From IMG/VR virus record IMGVR_UViG_3300047554_000375: a stretch of 64,000 nt of DNA, one strand, 5' to 3'. Source of the stretch: a virus. Lineage: Duplodnaviria > Heunggongvirae > Uroviricota > Caudoviricetes. Shown here piece by piece: positions 19,900 through 29,976 of this stretch (positions are counted from its first letter, which is position 1; every line of letters starts with the position of its first letter). Position numbers and translations under genes: made by a program. The notes below the pieces were generated by a model. It did not search any database and had not been told where the DNA came from. It worked only from the letters and a program-made list of their open reading frames with translations.

Positions 19900-20904
19900 A
19901 TGTTACTATCTTCAATTATCACTAATACAGTTTCGGGTGCAACAGGCGCTACTGGTTTAACTGGTGCAACTGGATTAACTGGTCCATCTGGAACAAACGG
20001 TACTAATGGTGCCACTGGTATTACTGGTCCTACGGGTCCAACAGGACCTACTGGACCAACAGGCGCACAAGGTGCAACTGGTGCATCACCATGGTCACTT
20101 AGTGGATCCGATACATATTACACCGCAGGGAGTGTTGCTATCGGTGCATCTTCCGCTGGTTCCGGCATCAAACTAGATGTTCAAGGCGGTGAAATCAGAG
20201 CAGGTAGAATAGATTCTAGTTCTGAGGGTGGTCAATTAAGTCTTGCTAGAAGTACCGACAACGCTACTGCTTGGTACATGGATGTGTTTGGTAATTCATC
20301 AACACCATCTTTGCGTTTAGTTGATGTTTCTTCTGGTGCGGTAAGTCTTGGCATCAATTCATCCGGGGCTGTAGCACTAAGAGGAGGTGCATCAGCATCA
20401 GGAGTTGGTATTACATTCCCATTAACCCAATCAGCATCAACTGATGCAAACACTCTGGACGATTATGAAGAGGGAACTTGGACACCATCTCTGAATTTAC
20501 TTGGTACAGTAAGTTATCCTGGCAGATATGGTAAATATCAAAAGATTGGAAAATATGTTCATTTATCGTTTGCTATCATAGTTTCTTCCTCAGATACAAC
20601 ACAAGACTCTTCTGTTATGTTGATTACAAATTTACCTTTTACAGTAGCAAATGTTCTTGGTTCCGATTATGAAGGAGGCTCTGCAAGTATTATGACAGAA
20701 AGAATGAAGGGTACTGCGTCACCAACAGCATCAAACGCTTTTCATGTTATTGGTTCTAATGGTAATACAAGTCTTATTGTTGCACAAAATAATTATAACG
20801 GCACTTTCGCAAGTATGTCTTATTTTGCAGGCAATGGTAGAAGTGGATATACAGGCGGAAATATGTACATTTTGGGACAGTTCATGTACGAAACAACTGC
20901 TTAA
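19900..20904 (+). CDS. Collagen-like tail fibre protein
   Basis: 18 consecutive G-X-Y triplets (19936-20097); [16 protein letters not shown]-terminal domain. Confidence 0.75.
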   Translation: MLLSSIITNTVSGATGATGLTGATGLTGPSGTNGTNGATGITGPTGPTGPTGPTGAQGATGASPWSLSGSDTYYTAGSVAIGASSAGSGIKLDVQGGEIRAGRIDSSSEGGQLSLARSTDNATAWYMDVFGNSSTPSLRLVDVSSGAVSLGINSSGAVALRGGASASGVGITFPLTQSASTDANTLDDYEEGTWTPSLNLLGTVSYPGRYGKYQKIGKYVHLSFAIIVSSSDTTQDSSVMLITNLPFTVANVLGSDYEGGSASIMTERMKGTASPTASNAFHVIGSNGNTSLIVAQNNYNGTFASMSYFAGNGRSGYTGGNMYILGQFMYETTA

Positions 20905-20915
20905 CAGGAAATTAT

Positions 20916-21164
20916 ATGTCATTAACAAAAACAACCAATATTGACCAAATTACAGTAACTGAGAACGGTATCGTTCTCTATCGTGAAGCAACACGCATCA
21001 TGGAAGACGGTAACGAAATCAGCAAAACTTTTCATCGCACATCATTAACACCTGGTCAAGATTTGACAGGTGAACCAGCAAATGTTGTTGCAATCTGCAA
21101 CGCCGCTTGGACACAAGAAGTAATTGATGCATATAACAGTCAAATACAAACAGAACTTAGATAA
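20916..21164 (+). CDS. Small fibre-associated hypothetical protein
   Basis: [24 protein letters not shown]...FHR..LTPGQDL motif usually paired with the preceding fibre type. Confidence 0.6.
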   Translation: MSLTKTTNIDQITVTENGIVLYREATRIMEDGNEISKTFHRTSLTPGQDLTGEPANVVAICNAAWTQEVIDAYNSQIQTELR

Positions 21165-22246
21165 TGGCTAATCACAACTTCATCGTAAAGAATGGCATCA
21201 CAGTTGGATCTACAAACATTGTAGATTCAAGTGGCGCATGGATAGGACCAAGTAGTGGTCTTGTTGGGGCTACTGGTTTAACAGGACCTACCGGACCAAA
21301 CGGTGGTGTTGGTGCAACAGGAACAGCAGGTCCAACAGGCGGTCAAGGTGCAACAGGCGTTACAGGACCCACAGGTCCTACCGGTGTTACTGGTCCATCT
21401 GGTCCGACAGGACCCACTGGTCCTGCTGGACCTACCGGTCCGACTGGTGCAACTGGATTAACTGGACCTTCTGGAAGTGCGGGACCAACAGGTCCTACCG
21501 GACCAACGGGACCCACAGGACCAACGGGTCCGACTGGCCCAAGTGATACAACAAACTATTTGAATAAAGTTGGTCAGTCATATTATCAAGTAAACACTTG
21601 GTTACAGTTTAACGGAACTTATGGTTTATACTGGCCTAGCACAGGATTTTCTGGAGCGCCTCACCTATATGCAAACGGTGATACATATGGTCAATTTCAG
21701 GTTGACGGATATAAAAATAGTTACACTGGTATTAGAATGGCTAGTGCTGGTCGTGCTACTATTGGTATGTTCGACACATCAGGTAATGGTGGCTTATATA
21801 ACTATTCTTATTGGATTTACTATTGGTTAGTAGGTAACGCTTGCTTGGGCGTAGGAACATCATCGACAAGTTCATCTTATAGAGTGTATGTTGATGGTGG
21901 AATATATGCAACTGGTAACATCACAGCATATTCTGATGCTAGAAAAAAGACAAACATAATTACAGTTGATAATGCATTAGATAAAATTTCAAAACTGCGT
22001 GGTGTGTATTACCATAGAAACGATTCACACGATGAAAAAATTGATACTGAGAAAAGACAACTAGGTGTTATTGCACAAGAGGTGAATGAAGTTCTTCCTG
22101 AAGTTGTAACATATGCGAAAGATGTTGATGAGTATGGTGTTCAGTATGGAAATTTTGCTGGTCTTTTCATTGAAGCATTCAAAGAGATGAAGCAAAAGAT
22201 TGAAGTTTTAGAAAATGAGATTGATTATTTGAAAGCAAATAAATGA
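21164..22246 (+). CDS. Collagen-like tail fibre with Peptidase S74 chaperone domain
   Basis: [10 protein letters not shown] anchor; 32 G-X-Y triplets (21257-21544); [11 protein letters not shown]...[15 protein letters not shown]74 motif. Confidence 0.85.
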   Translation: MANHNFIVKNGITVGSTNIVDSSGAWIGPSSGLVGATGLTGPTGPNGGVGATGTAGPTGGQGATGVTGPTGPTGVTGPSGPTGPTGPAGPTGPTGATGLTGPSGSAGPTGPTGPTGPTGPTGPTGPSDTTNYLNKVGQSYYQVNTWLQFNGTYGLYWPSTGFSGAPHLYANGDTYGQFQVDGYKNSYTGIRMASAGRATIGMFDTSGNGGLYNYSYWIYYWLVGNACLGVGTSSTSSSYRVYVDGGIYATGNITAYSDARKKTNIITVDNALDKISKLRGVYYHRNDSHDEKIDTEKRQLGVIAQEVNEVLPEVVTYAKDVDEYGVQYGNFAGLFIEAFKEMKQKIEVLENEIDYLKANK

Positions 22247-22617
22247 GTATACAATATAGTTTCGTCATCAGACAGATTAATAGTCAAACTGTTGGAAATA
22301 TCCAAGATGCAGTTTCACACATACATTTCGATTATGTTGGAACGGATGAAAATGGTAGGTCATCTTTTTGTCAAGGTGTGGTACCATTTCAATTGGTTGA
22401 ACACACTTTTCAAGATTCTGAAGGAACAAAAACTATTCCTTCGGTTTTGGATGCTGATAATTTTATTCCTTATGATGATATTACAGAAGAACAAGTGATG
22501 ACTTGGATTCAAGATAATATACCAACAGAAACTATTAATACTTTTCAGGAAATAATTTCTGCAAAATTAAATCAAACTGGCGATAATAAAAATTATCTAC
22601 CATGGCAAATTGAATAA
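22243..22617 (+). CDS. Fibre-associated hypothetical protein, paralog of 22641
   Basis: Shares GTD.dG....G..PF...F.P..e.TE..V..WI pattern with the next ORF. Confidence 0.6.
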   Translation: MSIQYSFVIRQINSQTVGNIQDAVSHIHFDYVGTDENGRSSFCQGVVPFQLVEHTFQDSEGTKTIPSVLDADNFIPYDDITEEQVMTWIQDNIPTETINTFQEIISAKLNQTGDNKNYLPWQIE

Positions 22618-22640
22618 TATCAAAGATTATAGGAAAATTA

Positions 22641-23045
22641 ATGACAGCAAATAATGAAATTACGCCTCAACAAACTGAAGAATCGTATGTGAGTCCATTC
22701 ACATATGCATATGAGGTAACAGGTATAAAAGTAAAAGATGAGATTGTTGGTAACACAACAAATCAAAATGCTGTCGTTCAAACATATTGGAAATTGACTG
22801 GAACAGATGGTGATGGTAATCAAGCAACATTCAATGGAGCAACACCATTCACATCAACAACTATGCCAGAAGGAACTTTATTTGTGCCTTTTGCTGAATT
22901 GACTGAACAGGTTGTTATTAACTGGATCAATACTGTAGTTGTAGAATCTCCTGGTTATCAAAAACATATTGACACACAATTACAAAAACAAATTGATGAT
23001 GTTATCACACCTGTGACAGATGCAACACTACCTTGGGTAACATAA
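22641..23045 (+). CDS. Fibre-associated hypothetical protein, paralog of 22243
   Basis: Same motif as previous ORF; both end in LPW. Confidence 0.6.
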   Translation: MTANNEITPQQTEESYVSPFTYAYEVTGIKVKDEIVGNTTNQNAVVQTYWKLTGTDGDGNQATFNGATPFTSTTMPEGTLFVPFAELTEQVVINWINTVVVESPGYQKHIDTQLQKQIDDVITPVTDATLPWVT

Positions 23046-23052
23046 AACAAAA

Positions 23053-24309
23053 ATGGCTAATCATAATTTTATTGTAAAGAATGGTATCACAGTTGGCAAT
23101 ACGGCGATTGTCGATTCAAGTGGTGCATGGGTAGGTCCAAGCACTGGTCTTGTTGGTGCAACAGGATTGTCTGGTGTTCAGGGTCCAACGGGACCAGTCG
23201 GAGCAACAGGCGTTACAGGGCCGACAGGTGAGCAAGGTGCAACAGGCGTTACAGGGCCCACAGGACCTGCGGGACCAACCGGACCAACTGGTCCATCAGG
23301 TGCAAACGGAAGCGCAGGTCCTACCGGTCCTACGGGCGCAACAGGTGCGGCGGGACCAACAGGTCCTACCGGACCAACAGGACCAACTGGTCCATCAGGA
23401 CCTACCGGACCCGGAACAGATTTCGCATCAAGCACTAACAGTTCTGATTTATACATCAGAAATGCATCACCAACAATTTATTTAAGAGACACAAACAACT
23501 ATGTGTCTATGATTCACCAGAATAGTGATTATTTTTACATTCTTAGAGGTACCGCAGATAGCACATCATGGACAACATCTGGTGTAAGTGATTGGCCTTT
23601 AAGAATTAACGTTAATAACAATAACGCATATTTTGGCGGAACAGTTTATGCTGAGTACGGTTCATTCAGAGCACCAATTTTTTACGATAGTAATGATACA
23701 TCATATTATGTTGATCCTAATGGCACAACACAATTACAGGGACACACAAGACTTGGACCATATGCAGGTAGTGTATCAAGCGGTAATCAATCCGGCTTAG
23801 AGATTATGAATAATGGTGGTACAGGTGACGGTAATGTTGCGTGTATTTCATTTCATTGCTCAGGAACTTATGGCGCACATTTACATTTGAGAAATGATAG
23901 TTATATGGGCATGGGAGGTTGGTCAGCATCATCATGGAGATGGTATACTCATTTGAGTAGTGGTGATATGACGGCTGCTGGTAACATCACAGCATATTCT
24001 GATCCAAGATTGAAAGAAGAAATTGTTCCTGTAACAAACGCACTTGAAAAAATCAAACAGTTGAATGGTGTAAAATTCAAATGGATCGAAAGTTCAGTCA
24101 TTGGTCATCCAGGTGAGTATGATTATGGTATTCTTTCTACAGATGTTGAAAAAATTGCACCAGAACTTGTTATTGATTCGATATTTGAAGCACCAGAAGG
24201 CGACAGATATAAAACCGTAGCATACGATAAATTAGTTGCGTTCTTAATTGAAGCAATCAAAGAACAACAAGAACAGATTGAAGAGATAAAAAAAATCATT
24301 AATATATAA
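23053..24309 (+). CDS. Collagen-like tail fibre with Peptidase S74 chaperone domain
   Basis: [10 protein letters not shown] anchor; 30 G-X-Y triplets (23146-23415); [11 protein letters not shown]...[17 protein letters not shown]74 motif. Confidence 0.85.
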   Translation: MANHNFIVKNGITVGNTAIVDSSGAWVGPSTGLVGATGLSGVQGPTGPVGATGVTGPTGEQGATGVTGPTGPAGPTGPTGPSGANGSAGPTGPTGATGAAGPTGPTGPTGPTGPSGPTGPGTDFASSTNSSDLYIRNASPTIYLRDTNNYVSMIHQNSDYFYILRGTADSTSWTTSGVSDWPLRINVNNNNAYFGGTVYAEYGSFRAPIFYDSNDTSYYVDPNGTTQLQGHTRLGPYAGSVSSGNQSGLEIMNNGGTGDGNVACISFHCSGTYGAHLHLRNDSYMGMGGWSASSWRWYTHLSSGDMTAAGNITAYSDPRLKEEIVPVTNALEKIKQLNGVKFKWIESSVIGHPGEYDYGILSTDVEKIAPELVIDSIFEAPEGDRYKTVAYDKLVAFLIEAIKEQQEQIEEIKKIINI

Positions 24310-24327
24310 TGATGCAAAGGAGTTATT

Positions 24328-24531
24328 ATGCAACAGAATGAAAAACGATTTACATTGAATGTGACAGCAGAAGAATTGAATATTTTGTTTATGGGTTTGG
24401 ATGAATTACCTCAAAAGTATTCACGCAAACTAACAGACAATTTAATGCAACAAGTTCAGCCACAAGCACAGCCTGTACAAGGTCAGGTAAATCAGCCGCC
24501 ATTAGCCGGTATTACACAAAAAATTAATTAA
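24328..24531 (+). CDS. Small hypothetical protein
   Basis: AGGAG SD; TAEELNILFMGLDELPQKYS helical motif, Q-rich tail. Confidence 0.6.
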   Translation: MQQNEKRFTLNVTAEELNILFMGLDELPQKYSRKLTDNLMQQVQPQAQPVQGQVNQPPLAGITQKIN

Positions 24532-24546
24532 TCTGGAGTTTATATT

Positions 24547-25122
24547 ATGAGAGGTGAGTGGTGCTATTTTAAGGCACGCATCAGTAAAGAGGCGTGTGAA
24601 AAATTGCTTGATGGCGCATTAAAGATTGAGCCACACAAAGCAACGATGGGTATTGACAGTAAAAGTTTCAGCGACAATCAATACCGAAGAAGTGATATTA
24701 GATTCATCAATCACTATGATTCTGAATTCGAATGGGTGTTTGATGAACTTTGGAAAATGGCAATCCAAGCCAATAGAGAATTCTTTGGATTCAATATAAC
24801 AAATTTGGATTTTCTCCAAGTTGCTGAGTATAGGGACGATGTTCAAGGTGAATATAAAAGACACCACGATACATTTTGGATTAATGAGTCGCCATACCAC
24901 AGAAAAATCTCTTGTGTTTTACAGTTAACTGATCCATCAACATATGAAGGTGGCGATTTGGAACTGTATGATTTACACAGCAGTTATCCAAATAAAAGTG
25001 AGTTGCGTGAACAAGGCACAGCAATATTTTTTCCATCATTTATTTCACATGCAGCCACACCTGTGACAAAAGGCACAAGACATTCGCTAGCCGCATGGTT
25101 TGAAGGACCAAAATTCACATGA
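24547..25122 (+). CDS. 2OG-Fe(II) oxygenase (prolyl 4-hydroxylase/PKHD-like)
   Basis: HxD (RHHD), KISCVLQL.DP..YEGGDL, distal His and Arg in SHAATPVTKGTRHSLAAW. Confidence 0.9.
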   Translation: MRGEWCYFKARISKEACEKLLDGALKIEPHKATMGIDSKSFSDNQYRRSDIRFINHYDSEFEWVFDELWKMAIQANREFFGFNITNLDFLQVAEYRDDVQGEYKRHHDTFWINESPYHRKISCVLQLTDPSTYEGGDLELYDLHSSYPNKSELREQGTAIFFPSFISHAATPVTKGTRHSLAAWFEGPKFT

Positions 25123-26249
25123 GATTCCATATTTTAGGATTACCACACACAGTATCAAGCAAAGAATACAATGCATGTGCTTACACACAGAAAGTTGTTA
25201 AGTTTGCAAAGATGATGACTAAGCGTGGGCATACTGTTATACATTATGGTCACGAAGATTCGAAACTGGAATGTACAGAGCATGTAACAGTTCTCACAAA
25301 TGAAGACTGGAAGATTGCATATGGTGATTATGATTGGAGAAAAAACTTCTTCAAGTATGATACTGGCGACCATGCTTACACAACATTCTACAAAAACACA
25401 ATCGCTGAGATTCAAAAGCGTAAACAACCAAACGATTTCATTCTACCATTTTGGGGAGCAGGTCATAAACCAGTTTGTGATGCACATCCCGATTTGATTA
25501 CAGTTGAGCCTGGTATCGGTTATGCTGGTGGACACTTTGCTAGATTTAAGATTTTCGAATCTTACGCAATTTACCATGCTTACTATGGATTAAATTCTGT
25601 CGGAACTTGTATACAAGATTGGTATGATGTTGTTATTCCAAACTACTTTGACACAGACGATTTTGAATATTCTGATAAAAAAGAAGATTACTTCCTATTC
25701 ATGGGTAGAGTATATGAAGGCAAAGGTGTCAACATCGCAGTTCAGGCTACCGAAGCGATTGGTGCCAAACTAATCATTGCTGGACAAAGCAGTCTCAAGG
25801 AAATGGGATACGCAGAAACGCCAGCACATGTGACTGAGGTTGGTTATGCTGATATCGAAACTCGTAAGAAACTAATGTCTAAAGCAAAAGGTGCTTTTGT
25901 TGCTAGTCTATACAATGAGCCATTTGGTGGTGTTCAAATCGAATGCTTACTGTCTGGTACACCTACTATCACCACAGACTGGGGTTCTTTCACAGAGAAT
26001 AATATTAACGGAGTGACTGGTTATCGTTGTAGAACATTCGAACAATTTACCTGGGCAGCCAAGAATATTGATAGAATTAGACCACAAGATTGCTCCAATT
26101 TTGCCAGAAATAACTTCTCACTTGATATTGTTGGTGCGAAATATGAAGAATACTTCCAATCTATTCTCAACATTTATGGCAAACAGGGTTGGTACGAACC
26201 AAATCCAGAAAGAACTTCATTGAAGTTCACTACGAAATGGTATTCTTAG
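25119..26249 (+). CDS. GT-B fold glycosyltransferase (GT4/RfaB-like)
   Basis: YFLFMGRV..GKG, EPFGGVQIECLLSGTP.ITTDWG (E-x7-E) GT4 signature. Confidence 0.9.
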   Translation: MRFHILGLPHTVSSKEYNACAYTQKVVKFAKMMTKRGHTVIHYGHEDSKLECTEHVTVLTNEDWKIAYGDYDWRKNFFKYDTGDHAYTTFYKNTIAEIQKRKQPNDFILPFWGAGHKPVCDAHPDLITVEPGIGYAGGHFARFKIFESYAIYHAYYGLNSVGTCIQDWYDVVIPNYFDTDDFEYSDKKEDYFLFMGRVYEGKGVNIAVQATEAIGAKLIIAGQSSLKEMGYAETPAHVTEVGYADIETRKKLMSKAKGAFVASLYNEPFGGVQIECLLSGTPTITTDWGSFTENNINGVTGYRCRTFEQFTWAAKNIDRIRPQDCSNFARNNFSLDIVGAKYEEYFQSILNIYGKQGWYEPNPERTSLKFTTKWYS

Positions 26250-26253
26250 GCAT

Positions 26254-26261
26254 TATAAATA
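26254..26261 (+). promoter_or_regulatory. T4 late promoter TATAAATA
   Basis: Exact gp55 consensus, intergenic, upstream of g13. Confidence 0.8.
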
Positions 26262-26284
26262 CCTAATAAACTACGGGTACTATA

Positions 26285-27238
26285 ATGGCTAAACCTACAA
26301 CTAGAACAGAATTCAAAGATTATTGCCTACGCAAACTAGGTCATCCAGTCATCCAAATTAATGTGGACGATGACCAGATTGAAGATAGAATTGATGATGC
26401 GCTATCGTTTTTTCACGACTATCATTTTGATGGTTGCGAAAAACTCTTTATGAAGCATCAGATTACACAAGCAGATAAGGATAGAGGATGGATTTATTGT
26501 CCAGATTCTGTCCTTTTTGTCACTGGTGTTTTGCCATTCGATTCTTCATCATCCTCTGTTAACATGTTTGACTTGCGCTATCAGTTGCGCTTGCATGACT
26601 TGTATGACTTTACATCCGTTTCGTATGTGTCATATGAGATTACAATGCAACACATCCAGACTTTGAACATTTTGTTCTCTGGTACACCACAGTTCAGATT
26701 CAACCGTAAACAAAATAAACTATTCTTGGATGTTAACTGGAGTACCGACTTACAGGTTGGCGAATATGTTATCTTAGAATGCTATCGTAAATTGAGTCCA
26801 GATGTTTTCACAATCTCTGGTACAGTTTCCACATCAAATACATCCAACACAGTTATTGGAACAGATACAGTATTCTCCCGTGATGTGGTTATCGGTGACC
26901 ACATGACATTTGGTTCAGAATCAAAGCGTGTAGTTAAGATTGACAGCGACACATCATTGAATGTCGAATCATTCTTTGCAACATCCGAAACTGGTGTGTC
27001 AGCATACAAAGAAGGCTTGTCTGATGTATGGGATGACAGATTCTTAAAAGCATATGCTACCGCTAAAATTAAAATGCAATGGGGCAACAACTTGAAGAAG
27101 TTCGGTGGCATTCAAATGCCTGGTGGTGTTACATTGAATGGTAAAGAAATTTATGATGAAGCCGAAGAAGAAATTTCTAAGATGGAAGAACAAATCTATC
27201 TGATGACAAGTATGCCGTCAGAAATCTTTGTGGGCTAA
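26285..27238 (+). CDS. gp13: Neck protein gp13
   Basis: YCLRKLGHPVIQINVDDDQIEDRIDDAL; KMQWGNNLKKF.G..MPGGVTLNG; T4 synteny. Confidence 0.92.
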   Translation: MAKPTTRTEFKDYCLRKLGHPVIQINVDDDQIEDRIDDALSFFHDYHFDGCEKLFMKHQITQADKDRGWIYCPDSVLFVTGVLPFDSSSSSVNMFDLRYQLRLHDLYDFTSVSYVSYEITMQHIQTLNILFSGTPQFRFNRKQNKLFLDVNWSTDLQVGEYVILECYRKLSPDVFTISGTVSTSNTSNTVIGTDTVFSRDVVIGDHMTFGSESKRVVKIDSDTSLNVESFFATSETGVSAYKEGLSDVWDDRFLKAYATAKIKMQWGNNLKKFGGIQMPGGVTLNGKEIYDEAEEEISKMEEQIYLMTSMPSEIFVG

Positions 27239-27239
27239 C

Positions 27240-28145
27240 ATGTCAACTAATTTTTATTTCAATAACTTCCCTCAACACCAAGTCACCAGTGAGCAATTAC
27301 TGGTTGAAGATTTGGTGATTGAAGCCATGCAGATTCATGGTATGGATGTTTATTATCTACCAAGAACTACTCGTGACCAAGTTGATATGTTGTATGGTGA
27401 AGATACACTAAAAGAATATCGTACAGCAGTTGGTATTGAAATGTATCTTGAGAATGTAACTGGTATGGATGGTGAAGGCGACTTCATCTCCAAGTTTGGT
27501 CTTGAGATTCGTGACGAAGTTACTATGTTGGTTTCACGCCGCAGATTTGCCATGTCTGTAAATCAATTAAGACCTAATGAAGGTGACTTGATTTACATTC
27601 CATTGTTACAAAACTTCTTTGAGATTACATTCGTAGAACATGAAAACAATCAAGCGATGTTCTACACACTAGGTCGTGGGCGTGGTGGTAATGTATACTT
27701 GTATGCATTAAAGATGAAACAGTTTGTGTTCTCTAATGAGATTATTGAAACTGGTATTCAAGAAATTGATGACCAGATTTTCGATTCATATCCACGAGCA
27801 ACACTTGCACTTGCAAACACAACAGTCTTCCCAGCAAGTACAGGTCAATTCGTTTCTGGTGAAATCATTTACCAAGGTAGTTCTTTGGCTGCAGCCAATG
27901 CACAGGCTATCGTTTATTCATATACACCTGACAGTTCAGTGAGTATCATTCGTGTGCAAGGTCAGTTCGTTTCAGGTAATGTATCCGGCAACACAAGCGG
28001 CACACTAAGAAGTGTATTGGTATACAATGATGATAGTGAAGTTGGAAACAACATCTTTGAAGATATTGCAGATAATGTAAGACTAGAAACTGAGGGCAAT
28101 GATATCATTGACTTCACAGAACAAAATCCATTTGGTGAACCATAA
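27240..28145 (+). CDS. gp14: Neck protein gp14
   Basis: IQ.HGMDVYYLPR, FISKFGLEIRDE, RPNEGDLIY; C-terminal DFTEQNPFG. Confidence 0.92.
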   Translation: MSTNFYFNNFPQHQVTSEQLLVEDLVIEAMQIHGMDVYYLPRTTRDQVDMLYGEDTLKEYRTAVGIEMYLENVTGMDGEGDFISKFGLEIRDEVTMLVSRRRFAMSVNQLRPNEGDLIYIPLLQNFFEITFVEHENNQAMFYTLGRGRGGNVYLYALKMKQFVFSNEIIETGIQEIDDQIFDSYPRATLALANTTVFPASTGQFVSGEIIYQGSSLAAANAQAIVYSYTPDSSVSIIRVQGQFVSGNVSGNTSGTLRSVLVYNDDSEVGNNIFEDIADNVRLETEGNDIIDFTEQNPFGEP

Positions 28146-29140
28146 TGCTAGGCAACAATCATTTTTATAATAGAACAATCCGAAAAGTAGTAGTTGCTTT
28201 TGGTACTGTATTCAACGACATTCTTTTAGTACGATATAACAAAGCAGGAACAAAAGAGTATGAGCGTTCACGAGTGCCACTATCATATGGTGCTAAAGAA
28301 AAGTTTATCACTCGTATCACATCTGATCCTACATTAACAAAGTCGATAAACACCATAGTTCCTAGAATGTCTTTCGATTTGGTCAGTCTCGAATATGATT
28401 CAAATCGAAAGTTCAATACAATCAACAGAAACTTTGCTGAACAAACAGATGGTTCAATCAAAGCACAATACGCACCTATTCCGTATAACTTTGAGTTTGA
28501 AATGTCAATCTATGTGCGTAATACGGAAGATGGTACACAAATTCTAGAACAAATCTTACCATACTTTACGCCAGACTTTACTGTAACTGTGGACTTTATT
28601 CCATCGTTGGGTAGAAAATATGACATGCCAATTATTCTGAACTCAGTCAATTCACAGGTTGAGTATGAAGGTGACATGTCCACAACAAGATTGATTATTT
28701 GGAATCTATCTTTCACCGCTAAAGGTTATATCTTCCCAGCCGTTGCTACTGCTGGTCTAATCGAATCCGCTAACACAAATATTTACCAAGATAAGCGTGA
28801 TACATTATCGCAAACAGTATATGTTGATTCCGCTAATGGTGTTGGTGTATTTGTTACAGGCGAAACTGTCCGTGAACAATCCAAAGGTAAAACAGGTACT
28901 GTTGTTTACTTCGCCAACAATAGCACAGGCACTTTGGTAGTTACAGATATGTCAGAATTACTGGAAGAGAATGATGTAATCGTTGGTGATTATTCCAACG
29001 CATACTACACTATAAATACGGTAGATTTGAATCCAGTTAAGTCGGTTGCAGTTATTACAACATCTGATCCTGTATCAGCAAACGCAACAGACCATTTTGG
29101 ATTTACAGAAACCATAACTGAATTCCCACATACGCTATGA
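28145..29140 (+). CDS. gp15: Tail sheath stabiliser/terminator gp15
   Basis: FYNRTIRKVVVAFGTVFND, VPLSYG.KEKF, PRMSF, EQILPYFTP. Confidence 0.92.
   Translation: MLGNNHFYNRTIRKVVVAFGTVFNDILLVRYNKAGTKEYERSRVPLSYGAKEKFITRITSDPTLTKSINTIVPRMSFDLVSLEYDSNRKFNTINRNFAEQTDGSIKAQYAPIPYNFEFEMSIYVRNTEDGTQILEQILPYFTPDFTVTVDFIPSLGRKYDMPIILNSVNSQVEYEGDMSTTRLIIWNLSFTAKGYIFPAVATAGLIESANTNIYQDKRDTLSQTVYVDSANGVGVFVTGETVREQSKGKTGTVVYFANNSTGTLVVTDMSELLEENDVIVGDYSNAYYTINTVDLNPVKSVAVITTSDPVSANATDHFGFTETITEFPHTL
29011..29018 (+). promoter_or_regulatory. T4 late promoter TATAAATA inside g15, upstream of g16
   Basis: Exact consensus about 120 nt before the g16 start. Confidence 0.5.
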
Positions 29141-29535
29141 AGACAGACACAAACTTATCAGATATTTTTGGCATAGAAAACATTCCAGCAGAGGAAGTTA
29201 TTGCGCCAAATACATTAATGGTGCCAGAAGATTTATCACCAGAAGCAGACTTTGAGTTTGCTCGTAAGAACATGCGTGAACTTCTACAAAAAGGAAACAA
29301 AGCAGTAGATAAAATTTTATTGGTTGCTGATGCTACGGATCATCCAAGAGCATATGAAGTTGCTTCAAATATGATTAAACAACTTGGTGATATGAATAAA
29401 GATTTGCTTGCGTTACAAAAGACACGAAAAGATTTATCTCCTGAGGCAGTAACACAACCAACAGTCAATGTAGACAAAGCGGTGTTTGTTGGCTCTACAG
29501 CAGATTTAATTAAACAAATAAAACAATTAGGATAA
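29137..29535 (+). CDS. gp16: Terminase small subunit gp16
   Basis: DFEFARKN, HPRAYEVA, VFVGSTADL motifs. Confidence 0.92.
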   Translation: MKTDTNLSDIFGIENIPAEEVIAPNTLMVPEDLSPEADFEFARKNMRELLQKGNKAVDKILLVADATDHPRAYEVASNMIKQLGDMNKDLLALQKTRKDLSPEAVTQPTVNVDKAVFVGSTADLIKQIKQLG

Positions 29536-29537
29536 AC

Positions 29538-29972
29538 ATGGAACAACTAATCGAACAAATGCGAGTAATTCTTGGTACCAATTTTGGTCTATATGCCAAG
29601 GCACACTCGTTTCACTGGAATGTTGAAGGCTCAAACTTCAATGATTACCATGCATTCTTGGGTACATTGTACACAACAATCTTTGCGAATACAGATTTGA
29701 TTGCTGAAAAGATTCGTATGCTTGGTGCATATGCTCCAGTTTCACTAGCAAGACTGTCTGAACTATCCGACATTGAAGATGAGACAGTTATTCCTAGTCC
29801 AATGGGAATGTTCTCTGCGTTACAGAAAGACAATGAAAGATTTATTTTTCATTTGCGTGCCGGTATTCAAGCCGCAGACAATGCAAATGAACCAGCAATT
29901 TCTAACTTCCTACAAGACTTGCTTGACCAACATCAAAAACACGCATGGATGTTAAAGAGCATCATTAAGTAA
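29538..29972 (+). CDS. dps: Dps-like ferritin-family DNA protection protein
   Basis: KAHSFHWNVEGSNF..YH..L, D.IAEKIR.LG, QH.KH.WMLKS Dps ferroxidase signature. Confidence 0.9.
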   Translation: MEQLIEQMRVILGTNFGLYAKAHSFHWNVEGSNFNDYHAFLGTLYTTIFANTDLIAEKIRMLGAYAPVSLARLSELSDIEDETVIPSPMGMFSALQKDNERFIFHLRAGIQAADNANEPAISNFLQDLLDQHQKHAWMLKSIIK

Positions 29973-29976
29973 TTAA

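Noticed and set aside
21257-23415. Short-period DNA repeats resembling a CRISPR array or satellite
   Set aside because: 9-nt periodicity is coding G-X-T collagen sequence with degenerate codons; no constant repeat-spacer structure and no cas genes
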